The notes under the pieces are model-generated. The model ran no database searches and was not told the origin of the DNA. It was given only the letters and a program-made list of their open reading frames with translations. Shown here piece after piece: positions 39,083 to 49,430 of a stretch of 64,000 nucleotides of DNA. The stretch is taken from positions 1 through 64,000 of the forward strand of contig JAGVGF010000002.1 of NCBI GenBank assembly GCA_020057295.1. The letters are read 5' to 3'. This stretch comes from an archaeon (GTDB lineage Archaea > Nanobdellota > Nanobdellia > Woesearchaeales > UBA9642). Each line of letters starts with the position of its first letter. Position 1 is the first letter of the stretch. The position numbers were made by a program, and so were the translations under genes.

Positions 39083-39715
39083 TTATCTAAATAAATGACT
39101 TCCCATAACTACAATATCTGCTCCTGCATCTGAACATTTTTCAGCTATGATATTATCTATTCCGCCATCAACTTCTATAAGATAATGATATTTATGTTTC
39201 TCACGTAATTCATTCAGTTTTTTGATTTTGTTTATGCTATGTTCTATAAATTTTTGTCCAGGAAGACCAGGGTGTACACTCATTACAAGCACAAGATCAA
39301 TCTTATCAAGATGTTTTACATGCTCTACAGCTGTGTCCGGATTAATACTTATTCCAACAAATTTTTTGTTCTTATGCAAAAATTCTATAGTTGTAGGGAA
39401 ATCACTCTTTAAAACTTCATTATGTATTATAAACATATCAGCAAGTATAAAAAAATCTTTCAAATACTTCTTATAATCTACAACCATTAAATGAGCTTCT
39501 TTTTTCTGTGCACATTTAATCTTGTGAACCATTTGAGGAGTAAAAGAGTTATATTTAACAAACACTCCATCCTCAATATCTAAGTGTAGAATCTGAAATT
39601 TATCTGACTTATTTTTTAGTGCATTATTGATTTTGTCGATCATCACATTGTCTGATTCCTTAAGAGCTTTAGCCTTAAATAAGAATCCTAATATTGATGC
39701 GCTAACTCTAACCAT
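39083..39715 (-). CDS. rpe: ribulose-phosphate 3-epimerase
   Basis: HLDIEDG, AHLMV, VMSVHPG..GQKF, EVDGGI. Confidence 0.92.
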   Translation of the reverse strand: MVRVSASILGFLFKAKALKESDNVMIDKINNALKNKSDKFQILHLDIEDGVFVKYNSFTPQMVHKIKCAQKKEAHLMVVDYKKYLKDFFILADMFIIHNEVLKSDFPTTIEFLHKNKKFVGISINPDTAVEHVKHLDKIDLVLVMSVHPGLPGQKFIEHSINKIKKLNELREKHKYHYLIEVDGGIDNIIAEKCSDAGADIVVMGSHLFR

Positions 39716-39840
39716 TTCATCATTGAATAGATTTTACTTTATTAATTTTGTTAAACTGCTCATTAAACATAATATATAATTATATCATTATTAAACTTTA
39801 TATATTACTTGTTTCATGAACTCAGTTAAGGTGATTACAG

Positions 39841-40284
39841 TTGAAAATTAACAAAAAGGTCGGTCATGTTCTAGGATTTATAGCTGCAGACCATCGAGGA
39901 TATAAGTTAAAAGAATATTTAAAAGAGAAATTTCCTCTGATTGATTTAGGGACTTTTGAGGGAGAAAAATCTGTTGATTATCCTGATTACATAAAAAAAC
40001 TAACTAAGTACGTTCTGAAAGAAAAATCTCGAGGAATAGTAATCTGTGGGACAGGCATGGGTGTTAGTATGGCTGCGAATCGTGTTAAAGGAATAAGAGC
40101 AGGACTATGTAGAACAACAGATGATGCATACATGTCGCGATATCACAATAATGCAAATGTTCTAGCTTTAGGAGAAGATGTTACCACACCTAAAGATGCC
40201 GAAAGAATTGCAAAAAAATTTTTTGATACAGAATTCTCAAGCGAATTAAGACATAAACGTAGAATAAAGAAGATGGACAAATGA
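39841..40284 (+). CDS. rpiB: ribose-5-phosphate isomerase B
   Basis: ADHRG, VDYPD, CGTGMG..AN...GIRA, HNNANVL, RH.RRI. Confidence 0.93.
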   Translation: MKINKKVGHVLGFIAADHRGYKLKEYLKEKFPLIDLGTFEGEKSVDYPDYIKKLTKYVLKEKSRGIVICGTGMGVSMAANRVKGIRAGLCRTTDDAYMSRYHNNANVLALGEDVTTPKDAERIAKKFFDTEFSSELRHKRRIKKMDK

Positions 40285-40745
40285 AAGAATCATTGAATAC
40301 TGATATTAAACCAAAAAATAAATATATTCATTATTTAGGATATTCATTCCTAATTGCATTCCTTTGGCAGATCGTCGGCCATGAAAATTATAGTTATAGT
40401 GTAGCATTTCCAGTAATATTTGGAATAAACACATATCCTTTACTTGTCTGGACACTAGGATTATGGATATTCGCAATATTCTTTACGTTCTTGTCCGCAA
40501 AATTTTCAAAATGGAAATTAGTAATATTTTCTATAGTACTTTACTGGATAGTGTTAATATCTTCAGAAACAATTGCTTATCACTATTTTGGATTTAGAGA
40601 TACTGCAGTAGCATCTTATCCTGGACTTCCATTATGTGATTGTATACACGGACCATTATGGATGCAAATAGTATATTTATTGATGGGTCCTATATTGATT
40701 GGAGTGTTATTATTTGTTGATAAATCTATTAAATTTAAAGAATAA
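40281..40745 (+). CDS. hypothetical membrane protein
   Basis: Four TM segments; YPGLPLCDCIH; ATGA overlap with rpiB. Confidence 0.65.
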   Translation: MKESLNTDIKPKNKYIHYLGYSFLIAFLWQIVGHENYSYSVAFPVIFGINTYPLLVWTLGLWIFAIFFTFLSAKFSKWKLVIFSIVLYWIVLISSETIAYHYFGFRDTAVASYPGLPLCDCIHGPLWMQIVYLLMGPILIGVLLFVDKSIKFKE

Positions 40746-40755
40746 TTTTTAATAA

Positions 40756-41901
40756 TTATTTTCTTTTTCCACCAAACATTTTATTTAATACATCATCCAT
40801 TTGTGCTTTTTGTTGTGGAGTCATTTTAGTAATTCTGTTTCTTGGATCTTTATCATTTGATACTCTAGTTTCTGCTACGCGTATTTTGTCTGCTTCTGGA
40901 CTTTCCTTCTTTAAACTCTTGTCAATGCCGTTAATGTCTTTCATTATATCATCTACTTCTCGAAGGCCAGAGCTTCTATCCTTGAACTTTATTACATCAT
41001 AACAATATTCTGTAATATTTTCAGCAGTAAGTCCAAATTTTTCGAAAAGTTCAGCTGATTTTCCTGATTCTCCAAATTCATCTCTTATTCCTAAGATTTT
41101 TATTGGAACCTTTGATAATGATAACGCTTCAACAACTGCACTTCCTAATCCACCATATATTGAATGTTCTTCAACTGTAACAACAGCCTTACATTTTTGC
41201 GCCTGTTTTAATAATGCTTCTTTATCTAAAGGTTTTATTGTATGCATATTCATTACTGTCGCGCTTACTCCTTGATCTTCTAGCATTTTTGCTGCACGTA
41301 ATGCTTCATTAACCATTAATCCACATGCAACAATAAGTACATCATGTCCATCTTTCAAAATGTTTGCCTTACCAATTTTAAAATCAGAATACTCGTGAGT
41401 TATTACAGCACCAGGTTCTCTAGATAATCTTAAATAACATGGTCCATTAATCTTAACAATTCCATCTAAAGCCTTCTGAGCTTCTAGAGCATCACATGGA
41501 ACAACAACAGTAAAGTTTGGCATAGTTCTAAATAATGAAATATCTTCTTCACACATTTGACTAACGCCATCCATTCCAAGATTTATGCCAGCATAATGTC
41601 CCACAATCTTAACGTTAGATTTATTTATTGCAATAAGTCTTATTTGTTCATGTCCCCTTAAACAGAATGCAGCAAAAGTATTTGTAATAGGAATTTTATC
41701 TTCCAAACCTAATCCGTTAGCAATTCCAAACATATCCTGCTCAGAAATTCCTACTTGAATAAAACGTTCAGGATATTTATCAACAAACTCCTTAACACCA
41801 GAAGATTTAGCCAAATCCGCAGTAAGTACAACAATGTTAGGATTATCTAACTCTGCAAGTTTCTTTCCATATCCATCACGTGTTGAGATTTTAGCTAACA
41901 T
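40756..41901 (-). CDS. transketolase, C-terminal subunit
   Basis: GISEQ, DG.SQ...ED, YLRL.R, TIKPLD, EEHS..GGLGS. Confidence 0.92.
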   Translation of the reverse strand: MLAKISTRDGYGKKLAELDNPNIVVLTADLAKSSGVKEFVDKYPERFIQVGISEQDMFGIANGLGLEDKIPITNTFAAFCLRGHEQIRLIAINKSNVKIVGHYAGINLGMDGVSQMCEEDISLFRTMPNFTVVVPCDALEAQKALDGIVKINGPCYLRLSREPGAVITHEYSDFKIGKANILKDGHDVLIVACGLMVNEALRAAKMLEDQGVSATVMNMHTIKPLDKEALLKQAQKCKAVVTVEEHSIYGGLGSAVVEALSLSKVPIKILGIRDEFGESGKSAELFEKFGLTAENITEYCYDVIKFKDRSSGLREVDDIMKDINGIDKSLKKESPEADKIRVAETRVSNDKDPRNRITKMTPQQKAQMDDVLNKMFGGKRK

Positions 41902-41930
41902 TTTAATCTTATTTTTTTATTTCTATCTCA

Positions 41931-42545
41931 TCATTTTTTCCCATTAGTTTTTGTTGCATAGTTTGTTATTGCAATTGCGAGTATTAGTACGTTGAATGCA
42001 CTTCCTATTAATGCGTTTAGGACCGCTACGGTTTTATTTAATCCCATAGGGCATATGTCTCCATACCCTACTGTGAAAAATGTTATTGCACTAAAATATG
42101 GGTAATGGAATGTTTTAATTACTAGATTAGGATCATTTAACATTGTGTCTTTTGTAATTGATGTATTATCTATGCATTCTCCGTATCTTAGATATCCTGT
42201 TCCTGTAAGTGCGATTCCCCAGTATGCTATTGCAAATAATACTATAATAAACAGTACTGATGTTACATATCCGATAAGTATTTCTCTTATTGTTAATTCA
42301 TGATGTAGTAGCTTTGCGATGTTCATCTGCACTCTACTCACTAGAAAAGATATGAAATATGCTAATAATACAAAACCTATTATTACCGAAACTGTTCCCT
42401 GATTTATTACAAGAAATATTATGCTAAGAATATATAATGTAATGAATGTTATGAAAAAATGATTTAACGATAAATTCCATATTCTTCTAAATAGTCCTAT
42501 ATTTTCTTTTATTTTTCTATTTGCTTCATTTATTTTCTTTATCAT
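41931..42545 (-). CDS. potassium channel family protein
   Basis: YFSAITFFTVGYGD selectivity filter. Confidence 0.88.
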   Translation of the reverse strand: MIKKINEANRKIKENIGLFRRIWNLSLNHFFITFITLYILSIIFLVINQGTVSVIIGFVLLAYFISFLVSRVQMNIAKLLHHELTIREILIGYVTSVLFIIVLFAIAYWGIALTGTGYLRYGECIDNTSITKDTMLNDPNLVIKTFHYPYFSAITFFTVGYGDICPMGLNKTVAVLNALIGSAFNVLILAIAITNYATKTNGKK

Positions 42546-43375
42546 TCTGATTCTAACTCCTTTAACGCTTTCTGATATTCTTCATCATTAGGAGCTTTAC
42601 CGTGCCATTCAGCAGTGTTCTCCATAAATGAGACTCCTTTACCTTTGATTGTATTAGCTAGTATTATTACGTTCTTTCCTTTATCACTTAATGTTTTTGC
42701 AAAATTATATGTATTAATTAATTCATTAATATCATGTCCATCAACTTCTAACACTTCATAATTGAATGCCTTAAATTTAGCATTCAGTGGTTCAAGATTC
42801 TTTACATCAATGTTTGAGCCATCTAATTGCACTTTATTATTATCGACAATTATTATAAGATTACTTAAATTATATTTTTGTATTGTTGCAAGAGATTCCC
42901 ATATTTGACCCTCGTTTAATTCTCCGTCACCAAGCATACAATATATTTTAGCTGAATTATTATCTAATCGTAACGCAAATGCTTTACCAGCAGCAATAGA
43001 TAATCCTTGACCTAAGCTTCCACTGGTTGTTTCCATTAATGGAAATTTACTCTTATCAGGATGCCCTTGTAGTCTTGAATTAATCTTTCTAAAATTTAAT
43101 AATTCGTCAGGATCAAAATATCCTGCATGCGCAAGTACAGCGTAATATGCTGGAGTACAATGTCCCTTACTTAATATGAATCTATCTCTTGTTTTATCTG
43201 CTAAATGTTCAGGATCATGATTCATAGCATTAAAGAATAATGTGACAAGCAATTCCGTTGCCGAAAAAGAACCACCAATATGTCCAGAACCAGCATTATA
43301 TACCATTAACAGTATATCTCTACGAACTTCTCTACAAACAGAAGCTAACTCACCCACATCATCAATTCTATGCAT
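42542..43375 (-). CDS. transketolase, N-terminal (TPP-binding) subunit
   Basis: SGH.GG, DRFILSKGH, LQGHP, GSLGQG, GDGE..EG..WE. Confidence 0.95.
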   Translation of the reverse strand: MHRIDDVGELASVCREVRRDILLMVYNAGSGHIGGSFSATELLVTLFFNAMNHDPEHLADKTRDRFILSKGHCTPAYYAVLAHAGYFDPDELLNFRKINSRLQGHPDKSKFPLMETTSGSLGQGLSIAAGKAFALRLDNNSAKIYCMLGDGELNEGQIWESLATIQKYNLSNLIIIVDNNKVQLDGSNIDVKNLEPLNAKFKAFNYEVLEVDGHDINELINTYNFAKTLSDKGKNVIILANTIKGKGVSFMENTAEWHGKAPNDEEYQKALKELESE

Positions 43376-43490
43376 ATACCATTATGTAAAAAAGATTATT
43401 TATATAGTTAGCGTTTTAATATGATTTATCCTTAATTATTAAATAGAAAAATAAAATAATAATACACAAAAACTAGAGAATTTTTCGTGT

Positions 43491-43643
43491 TTACTCTTCG
43501 TCAGCAAATTTCTTTATCAAATCAAAGTGTTCTACTATTAATTTTGCTTTTGCCTTTCCAAACTGGAATGGATATTGATCATTATCATCTTTCTTTAATA
43601 TAATCATCTTATGCCCTTTAAACTCGCCATAATCTACTCCCAT
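43491..43643 (-). CDS. 50-aa small protein (MGVDYGEFKGHKMIILKKDDNDQYPFQFGKAKAKLIVEHFDLIKKFADEE)
   Basis: Manual translation; GGGTGA SD; absent from ORF track. Confidence 0.75.
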   Translation of the reverse strand: MGVDYGEFKGHKMIILKKDDNDQYPFQFGKAKAKLIVEHFDLIKKFADEE

Positions 43644-43814
43644 GATATCACCCTAAATAGTTTTTAGTTAAGAATTAGTCATGGACTTTTAAATTTAATG
43701 ATTGAAAAATAATAAAAGATATATTAAGTATACTTACTATATAATTTCATAAAATTTAAATATACCTAAAAAGTCCATATTTCAAGGTGAATACGTATAA
43801 ATCACACTTTTGAC

Positions 43815-44213
43815 ATGGCTAATACAAAGGATAATTTTAAAAAATTTGCACCTATAATACTAAGATACGGGATAGGATTAGTATACTTATGGTTTGGTAT
43901 AAGTCAGTTATTAAGTCCTGAAAATTTTGTCGGATATCTACCGGATTTTATCTTTAATTCAAGTTATGCTACTACTTTCGTCATTATTAATGGGATATTT
44001 GAGATAATTGCTTCAATACTATTACTATCAGGTATTTTTACAAGGATAGTTGCAATACTTTTAGCTTTACATTTACTTGCAATAACAATTGATGTGGGCT
44101 ATGGTGAAATCGGTGTAAGAGATTTCGGTTTAACAATAGCTACTATAACGATATTTTTATGGGGTGAAGATGAATGGTGTATGGAGAAAAAATGGAAAAA
44201 GACAAACAATTAA
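43815..44213 (+). CDS. DoxX-family membrane protein
   Basis: LRYGIG..Y.WFG, G.FE...LL.G..TR..A, RDFGL. Confidence 0.85.
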   Translation: MANTKDNFKKFAPIILRYGIGLVYLWFGISQLLSPENFVGYLPDFIFNSSYATTFVIINGIFEIIASILLLSGIFTRIVAILLALHLLAITIDVGYGEIGVRDFGLTIATITIFLWGEDEWCMEKKWKKTNN

Positions 44214-44791
44214 TTTCGGTTCCGATATTTTCGGAAAAACCTGTTAATGAAAAAAATGAAAATTTTATGAGATTTGCATTAATGATATTCGCATTATTTG
44301 CAACAGCATCTTTGTTAATTACAGGATGTTCAGCAAGTACTCCTGTTACACAACCAAATCCTTCAGATTTAAGCAATCCTAATGCTGCAAATGCTGGAGG
44401 GGTAACTCCATTAAATGAATCTAAAAATGTTAGTATAGATGCAACTAATAAGTCTGAAATTCAAAAAACTCAGGATACTATCACAAATTTTGTTATTGCT
44501 GACGGAACGTATGCTGATCCAGTAACATATATGTCTCCAGGCGGTCAAAATAGTATTAAAATAAGTGTTACTACAAAAGGCGATGTTGTAACTGATGCAT
44601 CTGTCACAGTAATAAATTGTGATATGACATCACAACGTTATGTAGGACAGTTTAACACAGCGCTTCCAAGCTTAGTTGTTGGAAAGAAGATAAGCGATAT
44701 TACTATTCCGCATACAGTAAGCGGAAGTTCGTTAACATCTGCCGCGTTCGCAAAACATTTGAAAGACTTGGTTGTACAACATCCAGGATAA
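44174..44791 (+). CDS. FMN-binding (flavinylation substrate) lipoprotein-like protein
   Basis: LITGC lipobox-like motif, DGTY...Y.SPGG, VVGKKI, VSGSSLTS; start uncertain. Confidence 0.75.
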   Translation: MVYGEKMEKDKQLISVPIFSEKPVNEKNENFMRFALMIFALFATASLLITGCSASTPVTQPNPSDLSNPNAANAGGVTPLNESKNVSIDATNKSEIQKTQDTITNFVIADGTYADPVTYMSPGGQNSIKISVTTKGDVVTDASVTVINCDMTSQRYVGQFNTALPSLVVGKKISDITIPHTVSGSSLTSAAFAKHLKDLVVQHPG

Positions 44792-44870
44792 ATTCATCCA
44801 GAATATTTTTTATTATTATTTTTATTATTTTTTACTATTATTTTATATGTTTTCGTAAAACATTAACGAT

Positions 44871-45785
44871 GTGATTTTAATGAATTTCTTATCAAGGGAA
44901 GGAGAGTATTTAGGGAGTCATTTTGAGATTAAACTTCCAGAAGAAAACATTTCTTTATGTGATGAATGTTTTGCTGAATTAAAGCGTATAGAACAGGAAT
45001 ATTCAAGATTCTTAGATACTTCGGAACTTTCTAAAATAAATTCTAAATTAGGAATATGGCATGATATTAGTCCAGAATTTGTTTCTTTAGTAAAAAAAGC
45101 TTTAGAATTCAATAAATTAACAAATGGAAATTTTGATATAACACTAAAATCATCATTAGATTCATTAGGGTACGATAAGAATTATTCATTCTCAAAAAAA
45201 TCTGAAATCAGAGAGCATCTTATTTCTCGCATAAAAAATAAAATCCAAAACAAGTTAAATCCTGTTGTTTTAGATGAAAAACATAACAAAATCTTATTGC
45301 GTAAAGAGATTGAATTAGGAGGATTCGGCAAAGGATATTGTCTGGATAGGTTATCAAAAATATTAGAATCTAAAAGCGTTACAAATTATTATATTAATGG
45401 TGGCGGAGACATATACGCTAAAAAAGAAGATGAGAATGATTCATGGACTGTGTTATTAGAACATCCAGATGATTCTGAACGTGCGATAGGTCAAATAAAT
45501 TTAAATGGGATGGCAATAGCCGGTTCAGCTCCCAACAGAAGAAAATGGGGCAAATATCATCATTTACTTAATTCGAAAACTAAACTTCCACAAGATTCAG
45601 TAAAATGTATCTTTGTGCTAGCAAAAACCGGCATTGAGGCAGACGCACATGCCACAAGTTTATTCACAGCAGGATTTGACGAGGGAATTAAACTCGCAAA
45701 CAAGTTATCTATAGATATATTGATTGTCTCAAAAGAAGACAAAATGTATATTAGTCCAGGATTTAAAGTAGAATTATTCTCCTAA
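44871..45785 (+). CDS. apbE: FAD:protein FMN transferase
   Basis: YSRF...SELS, T.G.FDIT, LGG.GKGY..D, INGGGD, HHLL, EADA.AT. Confidence 0.9.
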   Translation: MILMNFLSREGEYLGSHFEIKLPEENISLCDECFAELKRIEQEYSRFLDTSELSKINSKLGIWHDISPEFVSLVKKALEFNKLTNGNFDITLKSSLDSLGYDKNYSFSKKSEIREHLISRIKNKIQNKLNPVVLDEKHNKILLRKEIELGGFGKGYCLDRLSKILESKSVTNYYINGGGDIYAKKEDENDSWTVLLEHPDDSERAIGQINLNGMAIAGSAPNRRKWGKYHHLLNSKTKLPQDSVKCIFVLAKTGIEADAHATSLFTAGFDEGIKLANKLSIDILIVSKEDKMYISPGFKVELFS

Positions 45786-45837
45786 GAATTGTTTAATTAA
45801 TAGAATAATTAATAAAAAATAAAAATAAGTATATGAT

Positions 45838-46272
45838 TTATGGTCCTAATCTTCTTTCTAAATCTGCTTTTGTTTTACGTGCTGCAATAATTGTTTCTTG
45901 ATTAATCATATTCTGATATTTTGGTTGTGCACTTCTTTCTATTACAACATTACAGATATGTACTCCTAACCTTTGTACTGTTGTACTTCTAAAATAATCT
46001 TCTAATGCTAGTACTCCTGTAAAACTTGTACCGTTAATTCCATTTGTTCCGTTTCCATGCACTCCTAATCGTAATTCTCTGTGATTTGTATTAATGCTTG
46101 TTATCCTAACACCGTACATTTCTTCAAATCTTCTTACTGCCTCACAATTTGGATTCGCGCCTTCTTTTGGAGGGGTTTCTTGATAGAATCCTAGCTCTAT
46201 CTTTATACCGTGAACAAATTGTTTTAATTTTTCTGCGCTATATCTTGGCGGCATTTCTAGTTGTTTACTCAT
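45838..46272 (-). CDS. hypothetical protein
   Basis: 144-aa ORF with SD-like GAGG upstream. Confidence 0.6.
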   Translation of the reverse strand: MSKQLEMPPRYSAEKLKQFVHGIKIELGFYQETPPKEGANPNCEAVRRFEEMYGVRITSINTNHRELRLGVHGNGTNGINGTSFTGVLALEDYFRSTTVQRLGVHICNVVIERSAQPKYQNMINQETIIAARKTKADLERRLGP

Positions 46273-46413
46273 ATAAAATCAATCCTCGCTTAACTACTTA
46301 AGAATAACAAACTTTTGAGCTATTTATAAATTTTACTCTAAGAATGATGCTCTTCTTTTTATCTCTTTTTTCAAGTAACAACTTTTTTAAAGGAATTATC
46401 ACTCCCAAATGTC

Positions 46414-47001
46414 ATGACAAAAAAACACGAAACCAAAAAAGATTATGTATTTCATGCATCTCCGGTGCAGAATCTTCATGAGATAAGTCCTCATGAATCC
46501 GAAGCGTATATAAGATTGCATATGCAGTTTCCTGCAGTATTTGCATGTAAAACAAGTGATATTGCAGCAGTATTTCTAGGACACCTAGGTGGAGATAGCA
46601 CTTGCGAAATAAGATTAGAACATTCCATACCAGTACTTTACGAAAAATTTGCTGGAGCATTCCATTTAAGATATGGTGCTGATAATGGTATTAAAAGACA
46701 AGGATCAATATATGTTCTCCCAAGAGAAACTTTTGTTAAGAGAGCAGTATGGGTTGGAGGATTAGCTTCCGAACAACCAGTAGTTCCATTATTTGAGATG
46801 AAGATACCGGATGTAGAATCATATTTAAGAATGTTAAATGCAGATAATAGGATATCGATTAAATTGCATGATGGTTCTAATGCTGCTAGTAGGCATTATG
46901 CTGAAGAACAACTAAGAAGCGATAGTCCAGGTGCTACAGAACTAAGAAAGTATCATCCAAGTATAATTGAGTTCTTAGAAAAAAAGAAAAAACATCATTA
47001 G
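46414..47001 (+). CDS. hypothetical protein, possible ADP-ribosyltransferase-like fold
   Basis: N-terminal VFHAS, PAVFA, G.IY.LP pattern. Confidence 0.5.
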   Translation: MTKKHETKKDYVFHASPVQNLHEISPHESEAYIRLHMQFPAVFACKTSDIAAVFLGHLGGDSTCEIRLEHSIPVLYEKFAGAFHLRYGADNGIKRQGSIYVLPRETFVKRAVWVGGLASEQPVVPLFEMKIPDVESYLRMLNADNRISIKLHDGSNAASRHYAEEQLRSDSPGATELRKYHPSIIEFLEKKKKHH

Positions 47002-49430
47002 TTATGTAATCCTAATTTTTTTTCAGTCTCGTACACCATCATTGTTGTTTTAATTACTGTGTCTGATGTTAGACTGATGCTTTGAATTCCTGATTCTACA
47101 ACGAATTTTGCAAATTCTGGATACGTACTTGGAGCATCTCCGCAAATTCCTATATATTTTTCTCTTCTATTACAAACTTCAATTACGGATTTTACTAATG
47201 TTTTTATTGCATCATTTCTTTCATCAAATACATGGCTTACAACTTCTGAATCCCTATCAACTGCAAGTGTCATTTGTGTTAAATCGTTTGATCCAATTGA
47301 AAATCCGTCAAAGATATCCATAAATTGATCTGCAAGAATTACGTTGCTTGGAACTTCGCACATTGCATAAACTTTAAGTCCATCTTGTCCTCGGACTAAT
47401 CCGTTGTCTGCCATAACTTTTAAGACTTTATTTCCTTCAGTTATAGTTCTACACATTGGAATCATTATAATAATATTTTTTAGTCCGTATTCATTTCTAA
47501 CTTTTAGTAATGCTTCACATTCCATTTCGAATCCTTTAATATATTTTGGATCGTAATATCTTGCTGCGCCTCTCCAGCCTATCATCGGATTATCTTCTTT
47601 TGGTTCAAATTCTTTTCCGCCGATTAAATTTGCGTATTCATTCGATTTAAAATCAGAGAGTCTTACAATAACTGGTTTCGGATAGAATCCTGCTGCGATC
47701 ATTCCTACGCCTTGAGCAAGCTTTTCCACATAGAATCCTCTTTTTGTTGGATATGCTGCTGTCATTTTTGCAATTTTTTGTTTTGCTTCTTGATCTTTTA
47801 AATTATCAAATCCTAAAAGTGCGAGAGGATGCGCTCCAATTGCATTGTTAAGAACGAATTCTTCTCTTGCTAAACCTACTCCATCATTTGGAAGGAAACT
47901 TAATTCGAATGCTTGACTTGGATCTCCGACATTCATCATTATGTGCGTCTTTGGCCTTTTTAATGTTCCAAGATCTAATTCATTAACATCAAATATTAAT
48001 TGTCCATCATATACAAATCCTTCATCTCCTTGTGAGCAATCAACTGTGACATTTTGTCCTTGTTTTATTTTATCTGTTCCTTCAGTTGTTCCTACGACAC
48101 ACGGAATTCCAAGTTCTCTTGAAATAATTGCTGCATGGCAAGTTCTTCCTCCACGATTTGTTACAATTGCTGAAGCGATTTTCATTATTGGTTCCCAATC
48201 AGGATCAGTCATTTCAGTTACTAATACTTCTCCTTTTTTGAAAAGTCCAATATCTTTTACGCTTTTAATTACATTTGCAGTTCCTTTTCCGATTCTTGAA
48301 CCAACACTTTTTCCTTTTACAACAACTGGTCCTTTTTCTTTTAAGGCGTATGTTATCATTTTTGTAATGTCTTTTTTACTTTGAACTGTTTCTGGTCTTG
48401 CTTGTACAATAAATAATTGTCCTGTTATTCCATCTTTTGCCCATTCCATATCCATAGGTTTTAAGTGTCCTGCTTTTGTTGAATAATGATCTTCGATTGT
48501 GCAAGCCCATCTTGCAAGTGTTAAAACTTCTTCATCAGTCATGCAGAATTTTGCTCTTTCTTCATCAGGAACTGAAATGTTCTTTGTAGGTTTGGTTCCT
48601 TGTAAATCATAGACTAATCTTTGTTGTTTTGAACCAACGTTTTTTGAAATTATTGGTTTAAATCCGTTTTTTAATGTTGGTTTAAAAACATAGAACTCGT
48701 CAGGATTAACTGCTCCTAAAACAATGTTTTCTCCAAGACCATATGATCCAGTCACTAAAACTGCATCTTTAAATCCTGATTCGGTATCGATAGAAAACAT
48801 AACTCCTGAACATGCTAAGTCAGAACGAACCATCTTTTGAACACCAACACTTAATGCAATTGAAAAATGATCAAAATTCTTGTCTACTCTGTATGAAATT
48901 GCACGATTTGTAAATAATGATGCAATACATTTTTTTACAGCTTCTAAAATTTGATAATCTCCGCGAATGTTTAAATAAGATTCTTGTTGTCCTGCGAATG
49001 ATGCATCTGGTAAATCTTCAGCTGTTGCTGAACTTCTTACTGCAACATCAGTATCTGATCGATCTTTATTGTATGCGCCACATAAATCTCTATACGCGCT
49101 TAGAACTGCAACTTTTAATTCGTTAGGAAATTCCGCTTTTAGAATTGTTTCTCTAACTTTATGTCCTCTTTCTTGAAGATTTTGCATATCTCCTGTGTTT
49201 AAGTCTGATAAAATTTCTTTAATCCTATTTTTTATTCCTGCTTTTTCAAGGAAATATCTGTAAGCATATGCAGTTAGTGCAAATCCGTTTGGGATTCTAA
49301 CTCCTTTAGGAGTAAGGTTTACATACATTTCACCAAGTGAAGCATTTTTTCCGCCGACATACTGAACATCGTCATTGCTTAATTGATCAAACCAAAGAAT
49401 AAACATGCTACTTTTATCCACACAAACCAC
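46998..49430 (-). CDS. ppsA: phosphoenolpyruvate synthase (pyruvate,water dikinase)
   Basis: VGGKNASLGEM, AVRSSATAEDLP.ASFAGQ, GGRTCHAAIISRE, SIGSNDLTQ; true start may lie slightly downstream. Confidence 0.97.
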   Translation of the reverse strand: MVCVDKSSMFILWFDQLSNDDVQYVGGKNASLGEMYVNLTPKGVRIPNGFALTAYAYRYFLEKAGIKNRIKEILSDLNTGDMQNLQERGHKVRETILKAEFPNELKVAVLSAYRDLCGAYNKDRSDTDVAVRSSATAEDLPDASFAGQQESYLNIRGDYQILEAVKKCIASLFTNRAISYRVDKNFDHFSIALSVGVQKMVRSDLACSGVMFSIDTESGFKDAVLVTGSYGLGENIVLGAVNPDEFYVFKPTLKNGFKPIISKNVGSKQQRLVYDLQGTKPTKNISVPDEERAKFCMTDEEVLTLARWACTIEDHYSTKAGHLKPMDMEWAKDGITGQLFIVQARPETVQSKKDITKMITYALKEKGPVVVKGKSVGSRIGKGTANVIKSVKDIGLFKKGEVLVTEMTDPDWEPIMKIASAIVTNRGGRTCHAAIISRELGIPCVVGTTEGTDKIKQGQNVTVDCSQGDEGFVYDGQLIFDVNELDLGTLKRPKTHIMMNVGDPSQAFELSFLPNDGVGLAREEFVLNNAIGAHPLALLGFDNLKDQEAKQKIAKMTAAYPTKRGFYVEKLAQGVGMIAAGFYPKPVIVRLSDFKSNEYANLIGGKEFEPKEDNPMIGWRGAARYYDPKYIKGFEMECEALLKVRNEYGLKNIIIMIPMCRTITEGNKVLKVMADNGLVRGQDGLKVYAMCEVPSNVILADQFMDIFDGFSIGSNDLTQMTLAVDRDSEVVSHVFDERNDAIKTLVKSVIEVCNRREKYIGICGDAPSTYPEFAKFVVESGIQSISLTSDTVIKTTMMVYETEKKLGLHN

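Noticed and set aside
46635-46653. ACTTTACGAAAAATTTGCT resembling palindrome copy B
   Set aside because: Inside a coding region and lacks the left arm; likely chance
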